Positions 26,287 through 37,020 of a stretch of DNA of 64,000 nt are shown piece after piece. The DNA comes from Oikopleura dioica (Eukaryota > Animalia > Chordata): positions 9,424,001-9,488,000 of the forward strand of contig OU015568.1 of the NCBI GenBank assembly GCA_907165135.1, read 5' to 3'. Made by a program: the position numbers and the translations under genes. The notes beneath the pieces are model-generated. The model did no database searches, was not told where the DNA came from, and saw only the letters and a list, made by a program, of their open reading frames with translations. Position 1 is the stretch's first letter; every line of letters starts with the position of its first letter.

Positions 26287-26930
26287 ATGCCTGGAAAGCG
26301 CGACAGTGTAAGCTGGACGTCAGAAACCTACTTGGCGGGCGGAAAAAGCGGCCACAATTCCAAACACGAGGAGATTTACATCGATTCAAGCAAGTATTAC
26401 AGCACTTCAGCCGAGGCCGCAACGCAAACACCCCCACTTCGGAGTGCGACGAAGAGGAGATTGAAGCCGTGGTGCCGGGCGATTCTGTGGATCTCGGGAT
26501 TAATTTTTCTGTGCGTGTTTTTTGTGGCGATTTATCAGATTGCTTCGGCTCCTACCAGGTAAAAATAAAAAAAAACCTCAATAAAAAAATTTTCATAATT
26601 TATTAAGATTGCCTAGAAAATACCGAAAAGTTAAAGCTATGCATATGTATATTTCATGATTTTCGAAATTCCCAAGATGGGTATAAAATTATTAAACCAC
26701 TCAAAATGCTCCCCCTGACCTTTTTACAAATCCTCGTAATAACACTCTTATTCAGGAAAGCGCTGGCAGAGGAAACAGCAGCGAAAGAACAGCTAGTCAA
26801 AATTCTAGTGGAGATTCAAGAACATGACCGAGCAAGAGTCGCACAAGTGAATCAGTTATTTCAAGGAATTTCAAGTCCGCTGATACCGTATTTGCCCGCC
26901 CGCGGGTCAACTCCTGTTATAACTTCATAA
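26287..26930 (+). CDS. Single-pass (type II-like) membrane protein, unknown
   Basis: Exon 1 ends AILWISGLIFLCVFFVAIYQIASAPTR. A GT-AG intron joins in frame to KALAEETAAKEQLVKILVEIQEH...ITS*. Confidence 0.7.
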
Positions 26931-27197
26931 ACTGCTTTTTACTGTTTTCTTTTAACTGCTACTACAATTTGTTAATAAAAAATAAACGAAGCGTATTTTT
27001 ACTCCCAAGGTGGTACTCCAAGCTTTGTTGAGCCCAGTGAAGGTGCTCTTTTCAAGGTCATTCCGGACCGTGACGAGAAACTGAAATCAACAAAGAGAAT
27101 TTCCAACTCGATAATTTTTTTCTTCGTTCTTCCTCTCTGCATTTGAATAATTAATAACTTCATAAAATTAATGTATTTTATCACAAAATGCATATTT

Positions 27198-30100
27198 TTA
27201 AGGATTGGTTAGATAATCGCTTTTCGCATTATAATTTTTCACGTGAATACTTATAACAACGTAGAAACTCGCAACTACCACACAAATTGTCAGTAAAATA
27301 GCAAAAAGATGGTTAATCATTTTTCCATAAAATCTCCACGCAATTGTCCATTCATCTGGGTCCAAATCAGAGCTTTTTCGCATCTCAAGATTAATTGCCA
27401 GCCGTTCTTTGCTGTCCTCTACTTTTTGCTTCAATATCTTCAGAATAACTTCAGGGATGAGATATTTGTCACCGTGAATTTTTTCGTAAATTTTTGCTGA
27501 GAAAAGTGCAAACTTTGCTTTTCTCTGCGTGAAGCAGTACAATTGGTCGAATTGTTTTTCTTCTAACCATGCCGTTGCGAGTGGTCTCCGTTTGCCCAAG
27601 TCGCCGTTTGCCCAAGTCGCCGTCTGCCCAAGTCGCCGTTTGCCCAACTTGGGCAGACGGAGATCTTAGGCAAACGGCGATGTGATTTTTTTTTAATTGA
27701 TTGATCATAAAATGATAGAAGTAAGACAACAATTTCATTATCATCACTGAGTCTGCTGATTGCGGTCTGATTTGCAGAGACTTTCAGCCTGAAAGTTTCA
27801 GGTGAAAACAAGGGTTGTCCTGTTACGTCTTTTGAACGGTTATTAACCGTGGATTCTTGACAAGACCACCAATCAATGGTTATATACGATTTTCGAATAA
27901 ATTCTTGAGCACAAACACATAAATAAGAGACGAAATGAAAAATACAGTATCGTTGACTCTACGGAAGCTTTCCGAAATGACATCGTTTACATTGATAACG
28001 AGGAGCCTTCGTTATATATCATATATTATATATGGTCTAATTATGAGAGTCGCTAAATTCTCAATCAAAGTCCTAAATTAGGACTTCTAATTAGGACTCC
28101 TAATAAACAATTCCCGGAAGAGTTAATCAAGAAGAAAAAAGGCTCCGGTTTACTGAGACTGGATCGTAATTCGGTTGTCATAAGATTGTGCATGTGTTTG
28201 TAAATCAAGCCTGAGTACTCCTCTTCGCTGGGAGGAGGTTTTGGGAAGAGTTTCATCAGTTTTCCCCTTTTTCTCTTTTTCCTACTACTCACAATGACTG
28301 TTTTCTCTCAGTTTCAATCAGAAATAACTCCAAAAATAGAACGGACCGAAAATGAATCACGAGAAACAGTAATATGGGAAACCATCAATTCAACCAAGTT
28401 GGGGATTAGCGCTTGTGAGGACTCGGCGCATCCATCGTTTCCTCAATCTATGGGCCTCGGACGTAAAACTAGCGATTTAACTTTACCACTTAAAATCTAT
28501 CCTATCCTGCTGGTTTTGATTTCATAATTCAAGATGAGAAATTTCCCGATTTTAGTAATTATAAACTGAAATCAAAGTCTCCTTTGCGCTCATAAAAATC
28601 TGAAACCTTGAATTAATTTCTTTAAATTGAATTATGATTATATTTTCAATTTGATCGCCGTTTGCACAAGATCGCCGTTTGCCCAAGTCTCCGTCTACCC
28701 AAGTTGGGCAAACGGCGATCTTGGGCAGACGGCGACTTGGGCAAACGGCGACTTGGGCAAACGGAGACCACTCTGCCGTTGCACCTTAAAAAAGTTATTC
28801 GAGGAGTTTTTTTTATTAAGGACTTACTCAAGATAATCATACTGGCCACACTGGCGATTAAACTGATAATAAAAAGGATCAGTAATTGAGGTGCATTTGC
28901 AACTTCTTTGAAGACCGGGATGTTAGAAGAAAGAACATCCAAGTAGACAACGATGGTCAGTAGCATGGTGACCTGGTAGCTTATCGTCTCTCCACTGCTT
29001 ATGGGAATCCAGAGGCCAACACAGACGAGGATGTTTAGGCACACAATTGGTAGCAAAAGAGTTATTTCGTAAAATGCAATCTGCCGTTGGAGAAAAAATG
29101 AAGTTGATAGCTTTGAGAACTGCTGGTTTTTATTGCTAAAAACTTATTAAAAAAGATGATTTTTTTTCGTGACCACTTACTTTGAGCTCGTGGAGACAGA
29201 ATATTTAAATGCTTTCAAATTCCACTCTGGGTTTTCGTCGAAAAAGGCATTCTTGGCCACATTCAGGTCAGTTTCGTTGTACGAAGTTTCATTTTTCGTC
29301 CGAGAGATTTTTGGTTTTTGAACTTCATTCCACGTTCCAATTCGGAAATTGAGAAAAGTTGTGTCTAAGTTTGGCGTTGCCAAATCAATAGCGCACTCTT
29401 GAAGATCGAAAGGATAGAGCTTTTGAACGATCTCACAGGAAGTCTTGAGGCGCATTTTGATCTTCGTGGAGACGTCCCCGTTGGTTGTTATCTTTGCGTC
29501 GTAGTAGAAAATTATACCTTCATTGAGGTACTCGTCCAGGTTTACGATTTCGAACGGTGGTGTCCAGATCTTTTCGTAAGGAACGAAAATAGAGTAGATT
29601 TCGTTGTGTTCAGAAGCATTCCAGGTGAGACGCTCGTCAGTCCAGGAGAGATAGATGATTATTGTTGAATCCATCGAGCTACATTGTAAACTTTATAAAA
29701 TTGATTTCTGAGGAATTTTTTACCTTTCATGAATCATGACTTCATTAATGCTCTGAACTTCCATCGACGCCTCGATGTTCATCGGAGTAAATTTTGACGT
29801 ATAAATCAAATTTTCGAGCATTTCAAAAAGCTCATCCTCCATTTCATAAGATTCGCCGTTCTCTTCAATACACTTGCCTCCACTTGTTTTGTACGAAGCC
29901 AGCTCTGCACTGTCAAAGAAATAAAATGACTTGATATACTGCTGACAAGCGCGGGATCTTGTAAAATCAGCCGGGATTTCGGCTGAGTCGTAGATGCAGT
30001 AAAAGAAATCAGCAGCATGGGAGTTCTTTTCGTCTTCATCAAGAGATTCGAAGTCGTATTGGTCATCTTGGTAGTAGAAGTCGTAGATATTCGTTATCCA

Positions 30101-30280
30101 TCGTTCGCAGATCCCCGTAAAATCATCACTTTCCTCTAGAGGATCGTAAACCTCATTGATTGGCATCGTATCAGAGTCATAATTGTCCTCGTCCAAAAGG
30201 GTTCTTTTCAACCTTTCATTCGGCCACAAATCTCTCTGCCCAAATATCTCCGTGAAAAATAGAAAAAATAGAAAAATCAT
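27198..30280 (-). CDS. Divergent Cys-loop ligand-gated ion channel subunit (nAChR-like, cation-type, non-alpha), interrupted by a transposon at the end of M3
   Basis: Signal peptide; WTDERLTW; IWTPP; Cys-loop CEIVQKLYPFDLQEC; QRQIAFY pre-M1; M1-M2 linker PISSGETISYQVTMLL; M4 EWTIAWRFYGKMINHLFAILL. The frame is continuous once 27579-28773 plus one TSD copy is removed. Confidence 0.93.
27579..28773. mobile_element. 1195-bp Foldback/Mutator-type non-autonomous element (9-bp TSD TGCCGTTGC; tandem-repeat TIRs)
   Basis: Termini GAGTGGTCTCCG...CGGAGACCACTC. TSD at 27570-27578 and 28774-28782. TIRs of ~100-120 bp are built from a 16-bp unit, CGCCGTTTGCCCAAGT. Confidence 0.92.
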
Positions 30281-30693
30281 AATTTATTTTCAGAAAATAA
30301 GCTTCTGAGAAAAAAAAAATAAAGCAATAGTCTTAAAATAACAATAAAAATCTTTTTATGACTTGAAAAGAATCCTGAACTCACGCCAGAAAACAAATGC
30401 CGCTTGAAATGTAACAATGGTTTTTTGCAAATAATTACTTTTTGAAAGGAAGCTTTCTTTCCGGAGTCGGGTCTTTGGGTGCGAGGACAAGTCAAAATTA
30501 TTATTCCTGAACAATGTCTCGTTGACATAAAAGATAAAAATCGGCATTTAAGTTAAAATACTCATTGAGCCACTGTGTAAATAATAGTTGCTATGAAATA
30601 GACATAGTCGTCGAAAATTTGAACTTCGAGTGGGATTCAGCATCTGTTTCTCTCACAATGGTCTCAAGAATGTGATCTGCATAAAAGCCAAAC

Positions 30694-32099
30694 ATGCGAG
30701 TCCTAGTAGCAGCATTTTCTCACATTTTTGCAGAAATCGTCGATCCGACTGGGTTATTTACTGACTCCAGAGGACTAACAAGGTTTTGTTGGATATAAAG
30801 ATTTACTTTTTTATTAGTTTGTAGAGATACGTATGCTATCAAAAAGGAACTTCCAGCTGAAGATTTCAACTTTGTCGTGCTCGGAGACTGGGGAGGACTT
30901 CCTCCACCAGCATACACCAGTGAGCTTCAACTGAACGGTGCCAAGGCCCTCATGGAATATGCAAAGATTAATCCCGTAAGTAAAAGTCATCTCTTTTACG
31001 ACTAAACGTTGATATAGCCAGAATATGTTCTCTCGATCGGCGATCATTTTTACTACAACGGAGTCGAGACAGTTCGAGATCGAGCTTGGGAAAGGACATT
31101 TGAGAATGTCTACGACTCTCAAGAGATGATGGTCCCTTGGTATCCGACAATGGGTAATCATGATTGGTTAAAATTGCCGGAGGGAACTGAAGGTGGACAG
31201 AAAGGCAATGGATGGGCCCAGGTGAGAGTGAATGTTTTTTCAGGTAGGAATTCTTAGATTGAATACTCTGCTCATGGAACTGGTCGATGGACGCACCCAG
31301 ATCTTTTCTTCACGACTGAATACACAACCAGCGCTGGAATCAAAGTCAAAACCATTCTGGTCGACACTCCAACTCTCACTGGCGAGTACCGCGATGGAGC
31401 CCCCCGACCCATTCACTCTGATGAAAACTGCGACGATCCGTACAACCTTGACTGTGAGCTCCGAGCTCTTCATCCTCTCGACGAAGAAATTGCAGAGTGG
31501 GCTTGGGAGTGGGTTGAGCAAGAACTCGCGAATTCAGGGGACGCGGATTACTTATTCGTAACCGGGCATTACATGATTCTTGATACTGGCGGCATCTATG
31601 ATTGGGAGCTTTTCAGAAGACTTGAGCCACTCATGGAACAGTACAAAGGTAAATCGCTGGAAACCAACTTTTTTATCTGTTTCTAGTGAGCGCATTCTTC
31701 CAGGGCCACAAACACACACAAGAACACGCCGTTCGATCACCAAAACTCGTCCCAGCAGGAGCCGAAGAAACCCCCGGCACCGTTCATTTCTTCACCACTG
31801 GAGCTGGTTCTCTTTATGACACCGAGTCCACCATTTTCCAACAGCTGACAGGAGGCTTTCCGGGAAGAAGCGGCTGCCATCCCAGATTTGAAGAGAACGG
31901 AAATGACAACTCTAGAACTGTCTGTCATTACTACTGGGCGACGACTAAGAATGATGGAGAAGCTGATAGCGGCTTTACTTCAGTGAATATTTCCGCTGAT
32001 CGAGCGCAAGTCCGATTCGTCACTTCCGAGAAAATCAATGAAGACGACAAGTTTTCCATCGGATACGAATTCGATATTCCTCCTAGAAATGTTCAATAA
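30694..32099 (+). CDS. ACP5: Purple/tartrate-resistant acid phosphatase type 5-like
   Basis: Signal-like start MRVLVAAFSHIFA. Metal-ligand motifs GDWG, GDHFY, GNHD, TGHY and GHKH occur in order across GT-AG exons. Confidence 0.92.
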
Positions 32100-32318
32100 A
32101 AAACAAACATTGACATAGAAATTGATAACGCAATCCAATAACAGATTCCTCGAGAATGTCTTGCGACAAAAACTTTCTCTGGTAAAATTTACAAACATTG
32201 TCCTCCCAGTGCTCTCTTCACCTTCTCATAAATGCAGCTGCCAATTCTATGCGCTATTTCAAATCTAGTAGAAAAGAAATTCAATTTTCAACAATTTCTA
32301 CAAAAAAATATTTTAAAA

Positions 32319-32816
32319 ATGAAAGTTTTTTTATTCAATATTGCTTCTTTTGCCTCTGCTCTTTCAACTGGACAAATGAGACCTTGTGATATGGCTGTTG
32401 AAGAATGTTCTTTGGTGAGTGAAAATGATGTCAGTTATCGACGATTACTTATCGTTAAGCTTTTTTCTTTGAGTTTACAAAGTGCTTCTCAGTCTAACTC
32501 TGAGCCTCATTAATCGGTTTTTTAGAACTTTGACTGCGTCGACTTTCCCTACTGCTCTGAAGACGGCTTCTACTTCACTGGACCAGTTTGTAGCATCGAG
32601 GGAAGCTGTTCCTGCATCGACCGACTCACTGGAGCCAAATCTGTTTCATCCGAAGGAGTAGAGCTCACTACTCAAGTCTATCTCCCTGCAGACTTTTTCG
32701 GCAGCTGGATGACAGACGCACAATTTAGCTGCGACTTGTTCTCTTCTGACGCTTCAGAGAGCGCTTCTTTAGCTGAAACTGTTCCTGAATACGTTCTATC
32801 GCAAATTGCTCTCTAA
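32319..32816 (+). CDS. Small secreted protein with one thyroglobulin type-1 domain
   Basis: Start MKVFLFNIASFASA. Exon 2 contains FPYCSEDGFYFTGPVCSIEGSCSCIDRLTG, matching PxCxxxGxY...C...CxCVD..tG. Confidence 0.75.
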
Positions 32817-32912
32817 CTCTCTATCATCAACCCTGCTTCATTTTAAATACAGAAAATAACATGTGCTTGCTTTAAAAAATATACGTTTATTATTGTTGAG
32901 TAAAGGAAGAGT

Positions 32913-34115
32913 TTATGCAGAAGATTTAGCTTCGCGGATTGCCTTGATGTGCGCCAGTTTGGCCTCGATGAGTTCAATGTTTGGGAAGGAGTCGGGCACC
33001 AGGTTGGTTCGACGGTTTCGGAAGTGGAGGTTTTTGTTGATTCGCGAGATGGGTTCCAGTCGGGAGCTGTAGCTCTTTGGGATCGCTTCTGCTTTTTCCT
33101 TGTTCTCCTGAGATGTGAAATTAAAGAGGAAGATATCGTAAACTTACCAAGGAATGAGGCTGGAAAGAAGCGTGAACAGTCGACTTTTTAACAGCTCTAG
33201 TTTCAGCCCGTTCGTTAGCATGTCTAGCAGCCGTCTTGTTCATAAAGTCCGTTCTTGGCTTTTCTGAATAAAATTAGTGTCCAAATGAACGGTAAAGAGG
33301 CAGCAGGCTTGAAAATTGATCGAAAACGAACAGCAAAGAAACTGAGTTGAAAATTACAACCTTGTTTAATTGTTGATTGCTCTGGATAATAATGAAGACT
33401 GTGTCTATTCCACTTGCGCAACTCACGCGACAAGATGCCACCTTTGCACTCGCGCTCGTACGTAGACATGTGGCGAATCTCTGCTGTCTGAAGAAAAGGA
33501 TTGAAAAATATGGACAGAAGCCATTTTACCTCATATCGGTTTCCGTGATGCTTGAAAAGAAAGTGCGGCTTGGTATAAATTTCTCGGGACACGTGAGCGG
33601 GAGTTGAGTATTCTAAAATTGTAATTCATTACATTTCTCATTGACAGAAAAAATGCATGAAAAAATTTGGTTGGCTTACCGTAGCCTACGCATTTATGTT
33701 TCTTATAATCGACGTGACTCGATGGAGTGACATCTCTTGTGCTCAGGTCGACATTTTGATCGCAGTACCAGTTCTTCTGGCAAATTTTCTTTCTGTCCTC
33801 GAACCAGTTACCAATCTTGACTCCATCCGAGTACATTTTTTCTTTTCCATCAGAGGCCAAATCGACCAGCGTGTCCTTGTCAAAGCAGATCCCATGCGTG
33901 GGAACACTTTTGTAGGACTTTTTTCGAGGCTGAGGATTATTGTACACTAGAAATTTCAATAGAAACCAAGCTAGCTGAGAAAAGTACCTCTTGTAGTTTC
34001 GATGAAACTTTTGTTCGCTGGGCAAATTGAGGTAAGGGTGGCCTCCGTCATTTTCTCGCGCTAGATCTTCTTGTTCTTCTTCAGCAGCGATTGCCCCCAC
34101 AGCGGATCCTTTCAA
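32913..34115 (-). CDS. CFAP107: CFAP107/C1orf158-like ciliary protein; start uncertain (possibly ATG 33836)
   Basis: YSDGVKIGNWFEDR, HFLFKHHG, STYERE, LRKWNRHSLHYYPEQS and KSTVHASFQP appear in the order I recall for C1orf158. GT-AG exons are in frame. Confidence 0.7.
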
Positions 34116-34375
34116 ACTGACGACTTTTGAAAAAACATCCCCATCTCGGCAGATGTTCTAGAGATGCAAAACGCCTTTTTCAGATTAGAGGATTGATCAA
34201 TTTGAGAATTGTGAAATTTATGCGTTCGACCTTAGGGTAGGTAGCGGAAGTAGCCAGAGCAAAGAGGTGATAACGACCGACAAGCGTCCCGCACGACTTG
34301 GACAGTGGTCAAATTAGCCTAATTCATTTATTTATAACCACTCCTGAAACTGCAACTGCTGAAATTGAGAGACTT

Positions 34376-34887
34376 ATGCTTTTGGTAAGACTTGTCTTCT
34401 TGAGAAAGTTAAACTTCTTTTTGAGAAACTTGTTGTACTCCTCCTTGATTTCAAAGCCCTTGGAATCACACTCTTCGGTCCCGACTACAGTTCAAGTGAT
34501 GCCTCTGCCTACATTTCATCCTATTCTAGCTCCGGTAAGTCTTCGAATTTCATATTTCTTTTATTTTCGAAGACAACTTCGACCCAAGAGAATGCAAAAA
34601 TACGAGGACAGGGGTCGACTACAGAGGAACTCTTTCATTAACACAATCTGGCAAGCCGTGCAAGGTATGTACCATCCTTCCAGCAAGTTCCCATATATTT
34701 CTGATTCTAGGATTGGAGGGACTTCCCCCGATGGATAGAAAAGTACCCCGAAAGCGACCTAAACGGGCCATATTGCAGAAACCCGGATGATGATCTAGGC
34801 GGACCTTGGTGCTTTACAATTGGAGGAAGCTGGGATAGCTGTAAAATTATTGACTGCGTTAAATATTTTTCTTCGAATAAAAAGTGA
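34376..34887 (+). CDS. Small secreted single-kringle protein
   Basis: Start MLLKLVVLLL. Kringle: [27 protein letters not shown]...[16 protein letters not shown]...WDSCKIIDC. Confidence 0.9.
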
Positions 34888-34961
34888 TGCTAAAATTTCA
34901 TGTCGGTGAAACTTGGATTCAAAGACAATCTTTAAAAATTTATATAATTTAAATGTTTATT

Positions 34962-36049
34962 TCAGTTTTGATTTAAATCAGAGCTTTCAGATTTAATTGG
35001 TGGTGCATGTTCCAGTGCTACGTTTAATTCTCGCCAGCAGTGTTGTAAATCCAACTGAAAAAAAATTATTACTTCGTTTTCATCACGTAACAAGCTTACT
35101 TTTAACCAACAGGGCAGTCCATCCACCTTTTGAATCTGAACTGTACTCGTTCCCCAGCACAGTCCAAAGGAGATAAAAATTGTACAGTGCTCTCTCAGTT
35201 CCCAAAGATCGCTGAGCGACTCTCGCTCGGCAATTGCTTGAGAAAATTCTTCGTAGTAAAATAATTCGACTTCATGAGCAGGGGGAATTCGGACGGGAGT
35301 TGTATCCATTTGGGGAGATTTGACGTAGACGGAAATTGGGGAGACGTTTCTCAGGAGGACGGAAGCTTAAGTATAAATTATTAATCAAATTCATAAGAAG
35401 GGAAAATAATTATTAATTGATATCAATTGAAGTTAAACTAAAAGTAATATCTTGCTCCTTACCTTCAGAATTTTCAAGTACTATTCCATGACCAATACTT
35501 TCCAAAACCCTATCCGTGTCCGGACAGCCTCTTAGCCCAAGTGTTCTTATTCCTAGAGGCATTCTAGTAGTCGTGCAACGCGGGCCAGTATTTCCGTCAA
35601 TTTTGAACGATCGACTTCTGGCTTCAACAAGGCTTCATTTTAATTAATCTCGTCGACTCTTTCTTAAATTGGAGCCTTCCCTATGAAATCCTCGCCGCGT
35701 TTGAGTTTCCTCTGGTAAAAAGCAACTCTTGCCCAATCTACATGATGTCTGATGATGTTCTCTGAGGGCTGTTTTCGCCGTTTCATGGTTCTTTTTTCTT
35801 TGTCGTGAGTTTTGTCGATTTCTGTCGAATGAACAATTTTGGCGGGTGTATGTCTCGAGTCTCTGTCGGTGTCTGGTAGACAAACTGCTCTTTTTATCGA
35901 TGTCTGGTAAAGCCCGTTTCTAAAGTTTGTCCCGTCAGTGACAGTCTTACTTGCTTGGATAAAGAATAATTTTAAAAAATGATGATTAAATTTTCCGATA
36001 ATTTATTTTTATTGAACTCTCGAACTGACAATGACAGGAAAAGATGCAT
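34962..36049 (-). CDS. Smad-like protein with a divergent MH2 domain only
   Basis: WARVAFYQRKLKRGEDF, FKIDG, IGHGIVL, VYVKSP, VRIPP and CTIFISFGLCWG...PCWLKLDL align colinearly with Smad MH2. One intron is GG-AG (35680-35622). There is no space for an MH1 before the GATD3 stop codon. Confidence 0.8.
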
Positions 36050-36106
36050 CTGAAACACATCCGGTTGGCAAAAAATAGTACTAAACATGTAACATGTAGC
36101 GCGGCT

Positions 36107-36986
36107 CTAGCAGAGTTTGAGAAGATCTTCGACCATCTTCGAAACTCCATCGTGGATTTCATGGAACGCACCTTTAAAGAACAATTTACCCTTTAGATTC
36201 TACTGGAGATAAACTACCTTCATACATAAAGGCGGGAGTGGTGACAATTTTGTTCTCCTCGTCAACGCAAGTTTCCGCGACGGTTTTTTCGACATGCTTG
36301 CATCCCAATTTTTCGATCGCTCCCGCGACTTCAGCATATGGCCACTTGCCGCCCTGAGAATCTAAAATTCAAAAGGAAAGAACGATTCTAGCACTTTAGG
36401 CTTTTCTTACCAGCGGAACCGACAGTAACGGTGCAGCCAGGAATCAGTTTCGCAGCCAAATGAGGGGCAATGCAGCAAAAAGCAAGTGGCTTCTTTGCTG
36501 CGTGGAATTGAGTGATCGTCTGGGCTACAGTTGGATCGACCGTACAATCAGGACCTGGGAAAGTTCTTGACTATCTTTTTTTCTGAATTTTACCTTTGAG
36601 AGCCCAGTCAGAGAGATTCTTCGCCGCGCCGAAACCACCTGGAACGAGGAGAGCATCGAAATCTTCGACTTTGAGTTGAGCAAGATCAGTGACTTTTCCA
36701 CGGGCGATTCTAGCGCTTTCTTGGAGAACGTTTCGATTCTCTTCGTGTGGTGCTCCTGCACAGTGGTTAATCGCGTGCAGTTGTGGCTTGTCTGGAGCAA
36801 AGCAGGATATCTAAAGGGATAGAAAGCAGAAGATAAAGGTTGTAGTACCTGGGCATTGTGGCGAGAAAGAGCGACAAGAGCAGCTGAAGCCTCGTGAATT
36901 TCGCTTCCATCATAGACTCCGCTTCCGGCGAGGAGAACTGCGACGCGGTGGGAGCTCGCCATTCTTCGAACAGTCAGGCTTAACAT
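36107..36986 (-). CDS. GATD3: ES1/glutamine amidotransferase-like class 1 domain protein
   Basis: [61 protein letters not shown]; five in-frame exons. Confidence 0.95.
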
Positions 36987-37020
36987 TTCTTATCCGTTAG
37001 ATACGTCGTTCGTTTCATTT

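Noticed and set aside
28065-28560. Open stretches first read as M3-M4 loop exons of the receptor
   Set aside because: They lie between the TIRs and TSDs of the Foldback element, and the receptor frame is complete without them.
27579-28773. CRISPR-like appearance of the 16-bp repeats (also the 38-bp units at 39939-40448)
   Set aside because: No unique spacers, the repeats are mirrored as TIRs, the context is eukaryotic and there are no cas genes.
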